NCBI GenBank assembly: GCA_047947115.1
Contig: CP170459.1
Span: 2,752,001-2,816,000 of the forward strand
Source: Verrucomicrobiota bacterium
GTDB taxonomy: Bacteria; Verrucomicrobiota; Verrucomicrobiia; Limisphaerales; AAA164-E04
Length of the DNA: 64,000 nt
Reading direction: 5' to 3'
This document shows positions 46,704-55,106 of the stretch, in pieces; position 1 is the stretch's first letter; each line of letters starts with the position of its first letter. Under the pieces are notes generated by a model, which worked only from the letters and a program-made list of their open reading frames with translations, was not told where the DNA came from and ran no database searches. The translations under genes were made by a program, and so were the position numbers.

Positions 46704-48692
46704 ATGAGTGTTTCTGAATCCAAATCTGCAGGGAGTAAACAGAATTCGACGGAAGATGGCGCCAGTGAACCCCTTAGCCACAAGGCGATCAAGGAAACGG
46801 TGCGTCGTTCCCAGGAATTTCTGCTAGGGGAACAGACTTCGGAAGGTTACTGGGTCGGAGAACTCCTCATTGATGCCACTTTGGTATCGGACACCATCTG
46901 TTTCAACCATTGGCGTGGTAAAGTGGACGAGGAATGGCAGCGCAAAGCAGTCAATCACATCCTGTCCCTGCAACTGGACGATGGCGGCTGGAACATCTAC
47001 CACCACGGCCCTCCCGAAGTGAACGCCACCATCAAAGCCTACCTGGCGTTGAAACTGGCAGGCGTCCCGGAAACCGATAAACGCATGCTCAAAGCGCGCG
47101 AAGTCGCCGTGAATCTCGGGGGTGTTCCCCGCATGAACACTTTTTCGAAACTCTACCTGGCTTTGTTGGGCTTGTTTCCATGGAAGTATGTGCCGACCAT
47201 TCCTTGTGAAATCATCCTCATCGGTAAATGGTTTCATGTGAACTTTCACGAGATGAGCAACTGGACGCGTGGCATCATCGTGCCATTGTCCATCATTAAT
47301 CATTTTAAACCCACCCGTAAGCTCAAGAACCCCATCACCATCGACGAGCTATACCCGGAAGGCTATCATGAGCGTGATCTGCTCTTACCGCGTGATCCGG
47401 AGATGTTCACCTGGCGCAACCTGTTTCTGGCACTCGATAAACTGCACAAGTTTGCCGAGAAGGTGGCGCACATGGGGCTTCACCCTTTCCGCAAACGCGC
47501 CTTGAAGAAATCCGAAGAATGGATGTTGGAGCGATTCGAGGGGTCCAGTGGATTGGGGGCCATCTGGCCGGCGATGCTTAATTCATTGATTGCTTTGAAA
47601 GCCCTGGGCTACGCCGACGATCATCCCCAAGTGCTGCGGGCGGAGCGCGAACTCAAGTTGCTGGAACATGAAACCGAAGACTCGGTCCGTATCGAACCCT
47701 GTCTTTCACCGGTATGGGACACTGCCATCGCTTCTGTATGTCTGGCGTCTTCCGGTGTGCCAAAAGATCATCCAAAGATGCGGAAAGCCGCCGATTACCT
47801 GATCAAAAAGGAAATCCGCTTCCGGGGTGACTGGAAATACAAGAACCCCACGGATGTCGAACCCAGCGGTTGGGCGTTCGAACATGAAAACAAATTTAAT
47901 CCCGACGTCGACGACAGCGCGATGGTGATCCTGGCGCTGCGGAAGATGCAGGCCAGCGACGAATCCGCGCGCAAAGCTGCCATTCGGCGGGGCGTGACCT
48001 GGATCAAGACCTTCCAATGCAAGGATGGAGGGTGGGCGGCGTTCGACAAGGATTGCACCATGAGCATCATGGAAAAGGTTCCTTTCGCCGACCACAACGC
48101 CATGCTGGACCCGGAATGTGCCGACATCACCGCGCGCATTCTCGAAATGCTGGGGGAGGAGGGTTATCGAATGGATAATCCTCAGGTTGCTCATGCGGTG
48201 AAATACATCAAGGGAGAACAGGAACTCGATGGTTCCTGGTATGGCCGTTGGGGTGTGAATTATCTTTATGGCACTTGGGCCGCTTTGAGGGGGATGCGCG
48301 CATTGAATCTGGACATGACCGAACCCTGGTTGCAGAAGGGTAAAAAATGGCTCGAAAGCGTCCAGTTGGAAGACGGTGGTTGGGGTGAACGATGCAACAC
48401 CTACGACGATCCCGTTTACAAAGGCGCCGGCCCCAGCACGCCTTCTCAGACTGCCTGGGCCGTCATGGGCTTGTGCGCGTTTGATGACCCGACTTTGCCG
48501 AGCTTGAAGCGTGGGATTCAGTATCTGATCAATGCCCAGGCAGCCGATGGATCCTGGCCCGAAGATGAAACCACCGGGACCGGTTTTCCCAAGGTGTTTT
48601 ATTTGAAGTATTCGATGTATCGCAACGCGTGGCCTCTTCTTGCTTTGTCGACCTATCAGGATCTGCTCGAGGCTCAAGATTCCAAAAAATAA
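46704..48692 (+). CDS. shc: Squalene-hopene cyclase
   Basis: DVDD catalytic motif, QW repeats (QLDDGGW, QCKDGGW, QELDGSWYGRWG, QAADGSW), SPVWDT, GTGFP. Confidence 0.96.
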   Translation: MSVSESKSAGSKQNSTEDGASEPLSHKAIKETVRRSQEFLLGEQTSEGYWVGELLIDATLVSDTICFNHWRGKVDEEWQRKAVNHILSLQLDDGGWNIYHHGPPEVNATIKAYLALKLAGVPETDKRMLKAREVAVNLGGVPRMNTFSKLYLALLGLFPWKYVPTIPCEIILIGKWFHVNFHEMSNWTRGIIVPLSIINHFKPTRKLKNPITIDELYPEGYHERDLLLPRDPEMFTWRNLFLALDKLHKFAEKVAHMGLHPFRKRALKKSEEWMLERFEGSSGLGAIWPAMLNSLIALKALGYADDHPQVLRAERELKLLEHETEDSVRIEPCLSPVWDTAIASVCLASSGVPKDHPKMRKAADYLIKKEIRFRGDWKYKNPTDVEPSGWAFEHENKFNPDVDDSAMVILALRKMQASDESARKAAIRRGVTWIKTFQCKDGGWAAFDKDCTMSIMEKVPFADHNAMLDPECADITARILEMLGEEGYRMDNPQVAHAVKYIKGEQELDGSWYGRWGVNYLYGTWAALRGMRALNLDMTEPWLQKGKKWLESVQLEDGGWGERCNTYDDPVYKGAGPSTPSQTAWAVMGLCAFDDPTLPSLKRGIQYLINAQAADGSWPEDETTGTGFPKVFYLKYSMYRNAWPLLALSTYQDLLEAQDSKK

Positions 48693-48766
48693 TGAACGGC
48701 GTTGGGTGCTTAATCGCTCCCGAGTGATCAATTGGATGGTGATAGGATTCGAATCTTTGAAATGTC

Positions 48767-49399
48767 ATGAAGCGTTTGATCTGTTTCGCCGTCTCCGATG
48801 AAAAGCGGTTCTTCCAACCTGCTCCCGATGACAAGGTGCTGGTAACCGGTATGGGAGCCAGGGCGGCTGAGGCTGCGCTTAGGAAATCGCTGAAAGACAA
48901 TCGTCCGGAGCTGATTGTTGCGGCAGGTTTTGCCGGTGGGCTGAATCCTCAACTGACTTTGGGGCAAGTGGTGCTGGATGATCGACAAGGCGCTGCGGCA
49001 GCACGCATCAATGCCCGGAAAGATTCCGCACTTATTGTGACAGGAATTATTTTTTCCTCTGCTCGAGTATTGATAACCCCGGAGGAGAAGGGCAAATGCC
49101 GATCAGAAACGCACGCCGATGCAGTGGACATGGAATCAGAAACCATTCGGCGCATCGCCGGCGAGCAGGGCATACCCATGTTCGCTTTGCGCTCCATTTC
49201 GGATACCGTGCATGAGATGTTGCCTCTTGATTTCAATCAGTTCATGACACCCCGGGGAGGGATGCGTTTTGGTCGACTGATTGCCCACCTGATGTTTCAC
49301 CCGGGCAAGATCCCTTCACTGTTACGCTTTCAAAAGCGAGTCAGCATTGCCGCACGCGAGCTGGCTAAAGCCATTGAAATGGTGAATGGTGAATGGTGA
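48767..49399 (+). CDS. hpnG: Hopanoid-associated nucleoside phosphorylase-like protein (HpnG-like)
   Basis: TGMG, AGFAGGL, AVDMES, RSISD; directly after shc. Confidence 0.75.
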   Translation: MKRLICFAVSDEKRFFQPAPDDKVLVTGMGARAAEAALRKSLKDNRPELIVAAGFAGGLNPQLTLGQVVLDDRQGAAAARINARKDSALIVTGIIFSSARVLITPEEKGKCRSETHADAVDMESETIRRIAGEQGIPMFALRSISDTVHEMLPLDFNQFMTPRGGMRFGRLIAHLMFHPGKIPSLLRFQKRVSIAARELAKAIEMVNGEW

Positions 49400-49409
49400 A
49401 TGGTGAATG
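49378..49409 (+). repeat. Heptamer array (AATGGTG)x4.5 overlapping the hpnG stop codon
   Basis: aatggtgaatggtgaatggtgaatggtgaatg. Confidence 0.9.
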
Positions 49410-49425
49410 CTCGAAGCGGACGATA

Positions 49426-49653
49426 GGTAGATCGGACCGTCCCCGGTCCGCACCTTGTGGCTTTCCTGTACAAATATGCCATCCAAATGAAACCCTGACG
49501 GGGAGGCATTGCGCAAGCCACATCGGCGGGCTTTGAAGCAACTGGCTTTCGAGAACCACAGGCTTCCCAAAACGGAAGTTGATGGTGAATTGTAAGCCGC
49601 AAGGGGCGCGCCCGGGATTCACGCAGTCGCGGGACAGGCAGGCACGATCTACC
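49426..49653. mobile_element. REP-doublet (REPIN/MITE-like) element, copy A
   Basis: Begins GGTAG..GGACCGTCCCCGGTCC, ends GGCACGATCTACC; interior nearly identical to 63639-63831 and 63846-64000. Confidence 0.75.
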
Positions 49654-49672
49654 CGGACCCATCCCTGAAATC

Positions 49673-49704
49673 ATTCACTATTTTAAATTCGCTATTCACT
49701 ATTC
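49673..49704 (-). repeat. Heptamer array on the minus strand overlapping the CRTAC1-like stop codon
   Basis: Minus strand GAATAGT GAATAGC GAATTTA AAATAGT GAAT. Confidence 0.8.
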
Positions 49705-51398
49705 GAACCACCGCTTCCTTCAGTCAGTTCGATGATTTGACCGGATGGCATGTTTTGGAATGTTTCCGTTTTGCCGCCGGGCCAGTGGACTTCGATTTGA
49801 TTGATGTTCTCATGAGAACCCAGACCAAAGTGAAGCCTGGTTCCGTAGTGACTCTGATAGCCTCGTCCACTGTGGACTTCGTCGACGAAGGTTTGATCGC
49901 CAGCATGTACTTTGACCTTTGCTCCAATTCCAAACTTGTTGGACCGTGTTCCTTTTAAATTGATTTGAACCCAGTGTTGGTTTGTCGAAAGATCGTTTCT
50001 AAGCAGAGTTGGTTTTTGGCGGGTGTTCAGGACGACCACGTCAATATCTCCGTCGTTGTCCAGGTCGTCAAAAGCCGCGCCGCGGCTGCTGAATTTCGGG
50101 TTGAGACCGCTTCCCGCTTCAAGCGTGACATCTCGGAATTTTCCGTTGCCCAGGTTCATGATGACGCGGTTTTGAGCTTCAAATGTTTTACTGTCGTTCC
50201 AGAGATGGATGTTATCCTGCAGGTGACCGCAGGCGATGAAAACGTCCCGAAAACCGTCATGGTTCAAGTCCGGCATGCCCAGTCCCCAGGTCACTTCGTG
50301 ATAGGTTCCTTCTCCTGCGCTGCTTGTGTGCGTGATGTCGGTGAAGAACCCGTCGCCGTCATTGTGGTAATGAGTGGTCCACTGTTGTTCGTAAGATGTC
50401 ATGTAAAAGTCCGGTAAACCGTCGTTGTCCAGGTCCGCGCAATCCACTCCCATGGTTCCGAGGCCGATGCCATTTCGATCGTATGCAAGACCGGTCAGAA
50501 GCCCGACTTCTTTAAAGGATCCTTTGCCATCATTTTGCCAGACAAAGTTGGCCAGGGCATCGTTGCCCACAATGATGTCAGTGTCGCCGTCGTTGTCGTA
50601 ATCGGCGCACACGATCCCCATCCCGGTACCTTTTTTTGATGTAATGCCCGATACTTCACTGATGTCGGTAAAGGTACCGTCTCCGTTGTTTTGAAAGAGA
50701 GTATCGGCCGTTGGTCCATAGATCGCAGGGCCCGTGTAGGCGGGGTGCCCGTTGATATGTCGTTCCTTGTGTTTTTCCAGAGTGAAATCACAGTAATTGG
50801 CAACGAACAAATCAAGGTCACCATCCTGATCGATGTCCAGAAACGAGGCTCCGGCTCCAACCTGGTCTCCATTCGCCACGCCGGCTTTTTGTGTCACATC
50901 GGTAAAGGTACCGTCCCCATTGTTGCGGTAAAGGATGTCGGGGCCAAAGTTGGAGAGAAATATATCCGGAAAACCGTCGTTATCATAATCCCCGATGCAG
51001 ACTCCCAAGTGATAGGCCCGGTCGCTGAGACCTGAATCCGAGGTGATGTCAGTGAATTTCCATTGTCCGTCATTTCGGTAAAGCACGTTCCCTGCCTCGG
51101 AAGCTTTGCGATCCAACCCGGGAAGCGGGGCGCCGTTGAGGAACAGGATGTCGATGAGCCCGTCATTGTTGTAATCAAACGTAGCCAGTCCGGATGCCAC
51201 ACTTTCCACAATGTAGCGACGTTTGCCTTCTCCCCCGTCCGAATGGGTGAATGTGATGCCGGTCACACCGGTGACATCGCTCAGGCGAATGGCCGGCTGA
51301 CTCGATACCGTTTGATTGACAAGACCCCACACGATGCATGTCATCAGAGCGCGTGACAGGGTACTCTGGCGTTTGTTTTTTTGGGGGAGGTAAGTCAT
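49692..51398 (-). CDS. CRTAC1-family protein (FG-GAP/VCBS repeats plus ASPIC/UnbV domain)
   Basis: Repeated DYDNDG/DLDNDGD, LYRNNGDGTFTDVT, SRGAAFDDLDNDGD, LHFGLG..IEVHWP; start at 51398 by ATGA overlap. Confidence 0.9.
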   Translation of the reverse strand: MTYLPQKNKRQSTLSRALMTCIVWGLVNQTVSSQPAIRLSDVTGVTGITFTHSDGGEGKRRYIVESVASGLATFDYNNDGLIDILFLNGAPLPGLDRKASEAGNVLYRNDGQWKFTDITSDSGLSDRAYHLGVCIGDYDNDGFPDIFLSNFGPDILYRNNGDGTFTDVTQKAGVANGDQVGAGASFLDIDQDGDLDLFVANYCDFTLEKHKERHINGHPAYTGPAIYGPTADTLFQNNGDGTFTDISEVSGITSKKGTGMGIVCADYDNDGDTDIIVGNDALANFVWQNDGKGSFKEVGLLTGLAYDRNGIGLGTMGVDCADLDNDGLPDFYMTSYEQQWTTHYHNDGDGFFTDITHTSSAGEGTYHEVTWGLGMPDLNHDGFRDVFIACGHLQDNIHLWNDSKTFEAQNRVIMNLGNGKFRDVTLEAGSGLNPKFSSRGAAFDDLDNDGDIDVVVLNTRQKPTLLRNDLSTNQHWVQINLKGTRSNKFGIGAKVKVHAGDQTFVDEVHSGRGYQSHYGTRLHFGLGSHENINQIEVHWPGGKTETFQNMPSGQIIELTEGSGGSNSE

Positions 51399-53098
51399 TC
51401 CAGGTTTCCTTTGCCTTCCGACAGGGTGATGTGTTGGTCGGCTTTTATTGTTTGAAAAGCATCGGTAGTGCCGCTGGTCCATCGAACTTCAATTCGATCA
51501 ACCTTTTCATGGGAACCCAAGCCGAAATGCAATCGCTTTCCAAAATCACTCTGATAGCTTCGGCCACTGTGCACTTCGTCCATTTGAGTCATATCACCGG
51601 TCTTGACGTAAACACGTGCTCCGGTTCCGTCACGGGGTGACTTTGTTCCGATCAGGCTGATCTGGAGCCAATGGTTGTTGGTTTGAGAGTCGTTGCGGAT
51701 CAGTGTGGGTTTGGATCGTGTGTTGAGGACCACCGCGTCGATGTCCCCATCATTGTCCAGATCGTCAAAGGCTGCCCCGCGGCTGCTCATCTTGGGTAAT
51801 AATCCCGTGCCGCTTTGATCTGAAACATTTGTGAATTTGCCGGATCCGGTGTTGTGCAACAGGATGTTCCTGGCGGCCCATTGGGTGTTGGTGTCGAATT
51901 GATCCACGTTGTCGATCAGGTGACCGCAGGCGATGAAAATGTCCTTGTGGAGGTCGTTGTCAAAATCCACCCAGCCGACGCCCCATTTCACATCCGCATA
52001 AGCCCCCATGGCTGCGCCGGTCTGGCGGGCGACGTCTTCGAAATAGGCTCCTTTACGGTTTTCGTAGAGGGTGGGGAGTTGGCGCTGGTAAGGGGTGATG
52101 TAGACGTCGAACCATCCGTCATGATTCCAATCCGCAATTTCCATACCCATGGAACCCTGAACGTTTCCAAAAGCGTCATAAGCCAGGCCCATCAATGCTC
52201 CGGTGTCTTTGAAATGGCCCTTGCCGTCGTTGGTCAGCAGGAAATCCGGACGCAGATCGTTTCCGACGATGATGTCGGTATCCCGATCGTTGTCGATGTC
52301 GACTGCAATGACTCCCATTCCTGCTCCGGGCAGGGAGGCGATGCCGGAGGATTCGCTGATGTCGGTGAACACGCCGTTCCCATCGTTGCGAAACAATTGA
52401 TTCTTAGTGGAAGGGTAGTTCAATGGACCTACGTAGGCGGGAAACCCGTTCATGTGGGTGATGTGGTGATTGTCGAACGTGAAGTCCACGTAATTGGCGA
52501 CAAACAGGTCGAGATCTCCGTCGCCTTCGATGTCCAGAAAACATGCGCCGGCACCGACATGTGATCCTCCGCTGACACCGGCCTTTTCCGTGACGTTGCT
52601 GAAGGTTCCGTTGCCGTTGTTTTGGTAAAGAATGTTTGGCCCGAAATTATTCAGGAAGAGGTCGGGATCTCCATCGTTGTCATAATCCCCGACACACACG
52701 CCCAGGTGGTAGGCGGTATCGTTGAGCCCCGCATGCTTTGTGACGTCAGTGAATTTCCAGTCACCTTCGTTTTGATAGAGCGCATTGTGTGCAGTCTCTT
52801 CTCCGGTTGGCTGCACAGGCAGAGGTGCGCCGTTCAGGAAGAGGATGTCGATCAGTCGATCTCCGTTGAAATCGAACGTGGCAAGTCCGGATGCGACTGT
52901 TTCAACGATGAATCGCTTACCGCTGCTTCCATCCGTGTGCACGAAGTCAATGCCGGACGCCTGTGTGACATCTGTCAACTGAATCGAGTAGAAGTTTTCG
53001 GCGGTGAAAGCCATCAATGGCATCACCATGACCGATATCATGGAGCAGGGGAGAGTCCACTGGCGGTGAACATGTTCGTGAAAGCTCATCCGTTTCAT
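51395..53098 (-). CDS. CRTAC1-family protein (FG-GAP/VCBS repeats plus ASPIC/UnbV domain), paralog of the downstream gene
   Basis: Same motifs; collinear similarity, e.g. EVHSGRSYQS..RLHFGLGSHE. Confidence 0.9.
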   Translation of the reverse strand: MKRMSFHEHVHRQWTLPCSMISVMVMPLMAFTAENFYSIQLTDVTQASGIDFVHTDGSSGKRFIVETVASGLATFDFNGDRLIDILFLNGAPLPVQPTGEETAHNALYQNEGDWKFTDVTKHAGLNDTAYHLGVCVGDYDNDGDPDLFLNNFGPNILYQNNGNGTFSNVTEKAGVSGGSHVGAGACFLDIEGDGDLDLFVANYVDFTFDNHHITHMNGFPAYVGPLNYPSTKNQLFRNDGNGVFTDISESSGIASLPGAGMGVIAVDIDNDRDTDIIVGNDLRPDFLLTNDGKGHFKDTGALMGLAYDAFGNVQGSMGMEIADWNHDGWFDVYITPYQRQLPTLYENRKGAYFEDVARQTGAAMGAYADVKWGVGWVDFDNDLHKDIFIACGHLIDNVDQFDTNTQWAARNILLHNTGSGKFTNVSDQSGTGLLPKMSSRGAAFDDLDNDGDIDAVVLNTRSKPTLIRNDSQTNNHWLQISLIGTKSPRDGTGARVYVKTGDMTQMDEVHSGRSYQSDFGKRLHFGLGSHEKVDRIEVRWTSGTTDAFQTIKADQHITLSEGKGNLE

Positions 53099-53101
53099 AC
53101 A

Positions 53102-54568
53102 TCAAGGCTTTTTGGTGTTGGCAGCCGCTTTTTCCAGTTGCTTAAGGAGCCCTTGGTAGCGCTGGTCCTCCGGATCCAGTTCGCCGGCTCGTCGGATGGC
53201 ATTGAGAGCGCCTTCCAGATTGCGGGTCTTGATGCAGGCGGCGGACAGCAGGTAGTAGCGTGCGGCGTTAGGTTCCAGCATCACGGCCTTGGCGGCCATT
53301 TGAACGGCATCTTCAAAATTCCTGTTGCCGATCATGTATAGTTCAGCCAGTGCGTGATATGCGGCGGCCCAATCCGGCCAGAGATATCGTGCTCGTTTGT
53401 AATGTGTCTCCGCCTCTTCGAGTTGTTTGGATCGAGTGGCCAGCCTGCCCAGAAAGTAATGATTCAGGGGGTTGGTCGGGTGTGCCTTGGACATTCGATC
53501 AAAAACTTTCATGCCTTCTTCCAGTTGTTGGGTGGAGACGTAGAGGGTTTCGATGGCCAGGCGATAGTTTTGATTCTCCTGATCCAGCTCGGCAGATTGA
53601 TAAAACAGCTTGGCCGCTTCCTCGGTATTGCCATTGGCTAAATGCATTTGCCCCGCTCCGAAAAAGGTTCGAGCACTGACATCTTTCAACATTTCCATGC
53701 CACTGAGGTTTTCCTTGTCGGCACTGCGTTCGGACAGGGCTTTACGATCTTCGGACTCATTCTGCACAAACAAGTCGCGGTACTTAGCGGCTTCTTCGGT
53801 TTCGCCCAGGCGTTGACAACTGGTGAATAACCCAAAATAGGCTTGTGTGTGTTTGGGGTTGATTCGGACTGTGTTGAGGAACGCCGTTTTCGCCAGGTCG
53901 AATTGCCTGGCTTGCATGTGGGCCTGACCAAGCAGATACCAGCTTTCCGGCGAAACATATGCCAGAACCACCGCGTTCTTCAACGCCGCGATGGCTTCTT
54001 CTGTCCTGCCCATATCCATCTGAGCCTGCCCAAGTCGATTCATAATCTCCGGATGCGGTTTGCCATGCTTCATGGCTTCTTCGCAAACTCTGACCGATTC
54101 TTCGGGATCCCCTTTTTCATAAGCGATTTTCGCCAGCATGATCCGGGGTTCCATCAAGTCGGGCTGCATCTTGAGGCTCTGGTTCAGGTGACGGGTGGCT
54201 TCATCGGATTGGCCGATATTGTAGTAGGCAGACCCAAGCAGAACATGTGACATCGGGCTGTCAGCATATGTGTCAGCGACTTTGATGGCGGCCTGGATGG
54301 CTTGCTGTTTTAGTATTTCAGCATCAGGCTGGATGGAAGGTTTAATCGCTTCGGATGTTTCCTTTGCCTCGGTCGGGGTTTCGATCGGCGATTCTGCTCC
54401 CAGAGCGGCATGGCAGGTGAGGCAGAAGATTGCAAGCATGAAACGGGCTCTCTGGAACACGTTCTTTCCCTGTGTCCAGTCTTTGAAATCCTTGCTGTTG
54501 GCTTTCATGTTGGTTCGCCGACTTGTCTCGAGTTTTCTGTTGTCATGTTTGTTTACTGGTTGGACCAA
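53102..54568 (-). CDS. Tetratricopeptide repeat protein, probably exported
   Basis: Many TPR units (LGSAYY..G, LGQAQMDMGR, LGQAHMQ, YFLGRLA); hydrophobic stretch MLAIFCLTCHAALG; true start may be downstream. Confidence 0.88.
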   Translation of the reverse strand: MVQPVNKHDNRKLETSRRTNMKANSKDFKDWTQGKNVFQRARFMLAIFCLTCHAALGAESPIETPTEAKETSEAIKPSIQPDAEILKQQAIQAAIKVADTYADSPMSHVLLGSAYYNIGQSDEATRHLNQSLKMQPDLMEPRIMLAKIAYEKGDPEESVRVCEEAMKHGKPHPEIMNRLGQAQMDMGRTEEAIAALKNAVVLAYVSPESWYLLGQAHMQARQFDLAKTAFLNTVRINPKHTQAYFGLFTSCQRLGETEEAAKYRDLFVQNESEDRKALSERSADKENLSGMEMLKDVSARTFFGAGQMHLANGNTEEAAKLFYQSAELDQENQNYRLAIETLYVSTQQLEEGMKVFDRMSKAHPTNPLNHYFLGRLATRSKQLEEAETHYKRARYLWPDWAAAYHALAELYMIGNRNFEDAVQMAAKAVMLEPNAARYYLLSAACIKTRNLEGALNAIRRAGELDPEDQRYQGLLKQLEKAAANTKKP

Positions 54569-54589
54569 ACCGTGTGGATCTTGAAAGGA

Positions 54590-54618
54590 ACGGTAGGATT
54601 GGGCCTTGTAAGTGTCAA
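54590..54618 (-). promoter_or_regulatory. Sigma70-like promoter for the TPR-CRTAC1-CRTAC1 operon
   Basis: Minus strand TTGACA-17 nt-TACCGT. Confidence 0.55.
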
Positions 54619-55106
54619 GCGGTTCGTCTGCTGGGGCAGATCCGGTTAAGTGGACTGTTGGAATTTGTGTCGTTTTTTGGGTTGTTGAGTTGAGTTGTTA
54701 CCTTGCCACCGGCTCCCGAAAGAACCCCGACACTCGTCATTCACATCTTCGAGACCGGTATCCATACGAGTGAAGACCTCCACAGCAACAATTTCCACTC
54801 TGTGCCGGAGTCATGAGATAATTGCTTTTTTGGTCATATCATTGCCTTTCATCTGCTTTTTTTTGGACTTTTCCTTGTTTTGTGCCTCCTGGTTGTGTAA
54901 TCGTCTCGCAATCCGTCTGTAAGTATGTAGCTCAGATTTTAAGCAATTCCTCCTGGTGGGTAACTTTGTACTGCCGTGTGTGTTATGAAAATTGGTTAAA
55001 GTTGTCCGTTTGGTGGAATGATGTGGGATCTGAGTTGCGTTCCGGTTAACCGGTTCCAAACGTGGAACTTGCAGGGTGGGTGTAGAATCAGTTGAAAAAC
55101 GTTGTT

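Noticed and set aside
49330..49674. ORFs 49330-49674, 49322-49570 and 63603-63935 that resemble each other
   Set aside because: The similarity comes from translating the non-coding repeat element and heptamer arrays (FTIHHSP); frames are not preserved between copies.
54647..54837. Minus-strand reading frame MTKKAIIS-TGA-LRHRVE.. as a readthrough or Sec protein, and a 25-aa Cys-rich ORF in another frame
   Set aside because: No recognisable family, redox motif or clear SECIS; compatible with chance ORFs in a promoter region.
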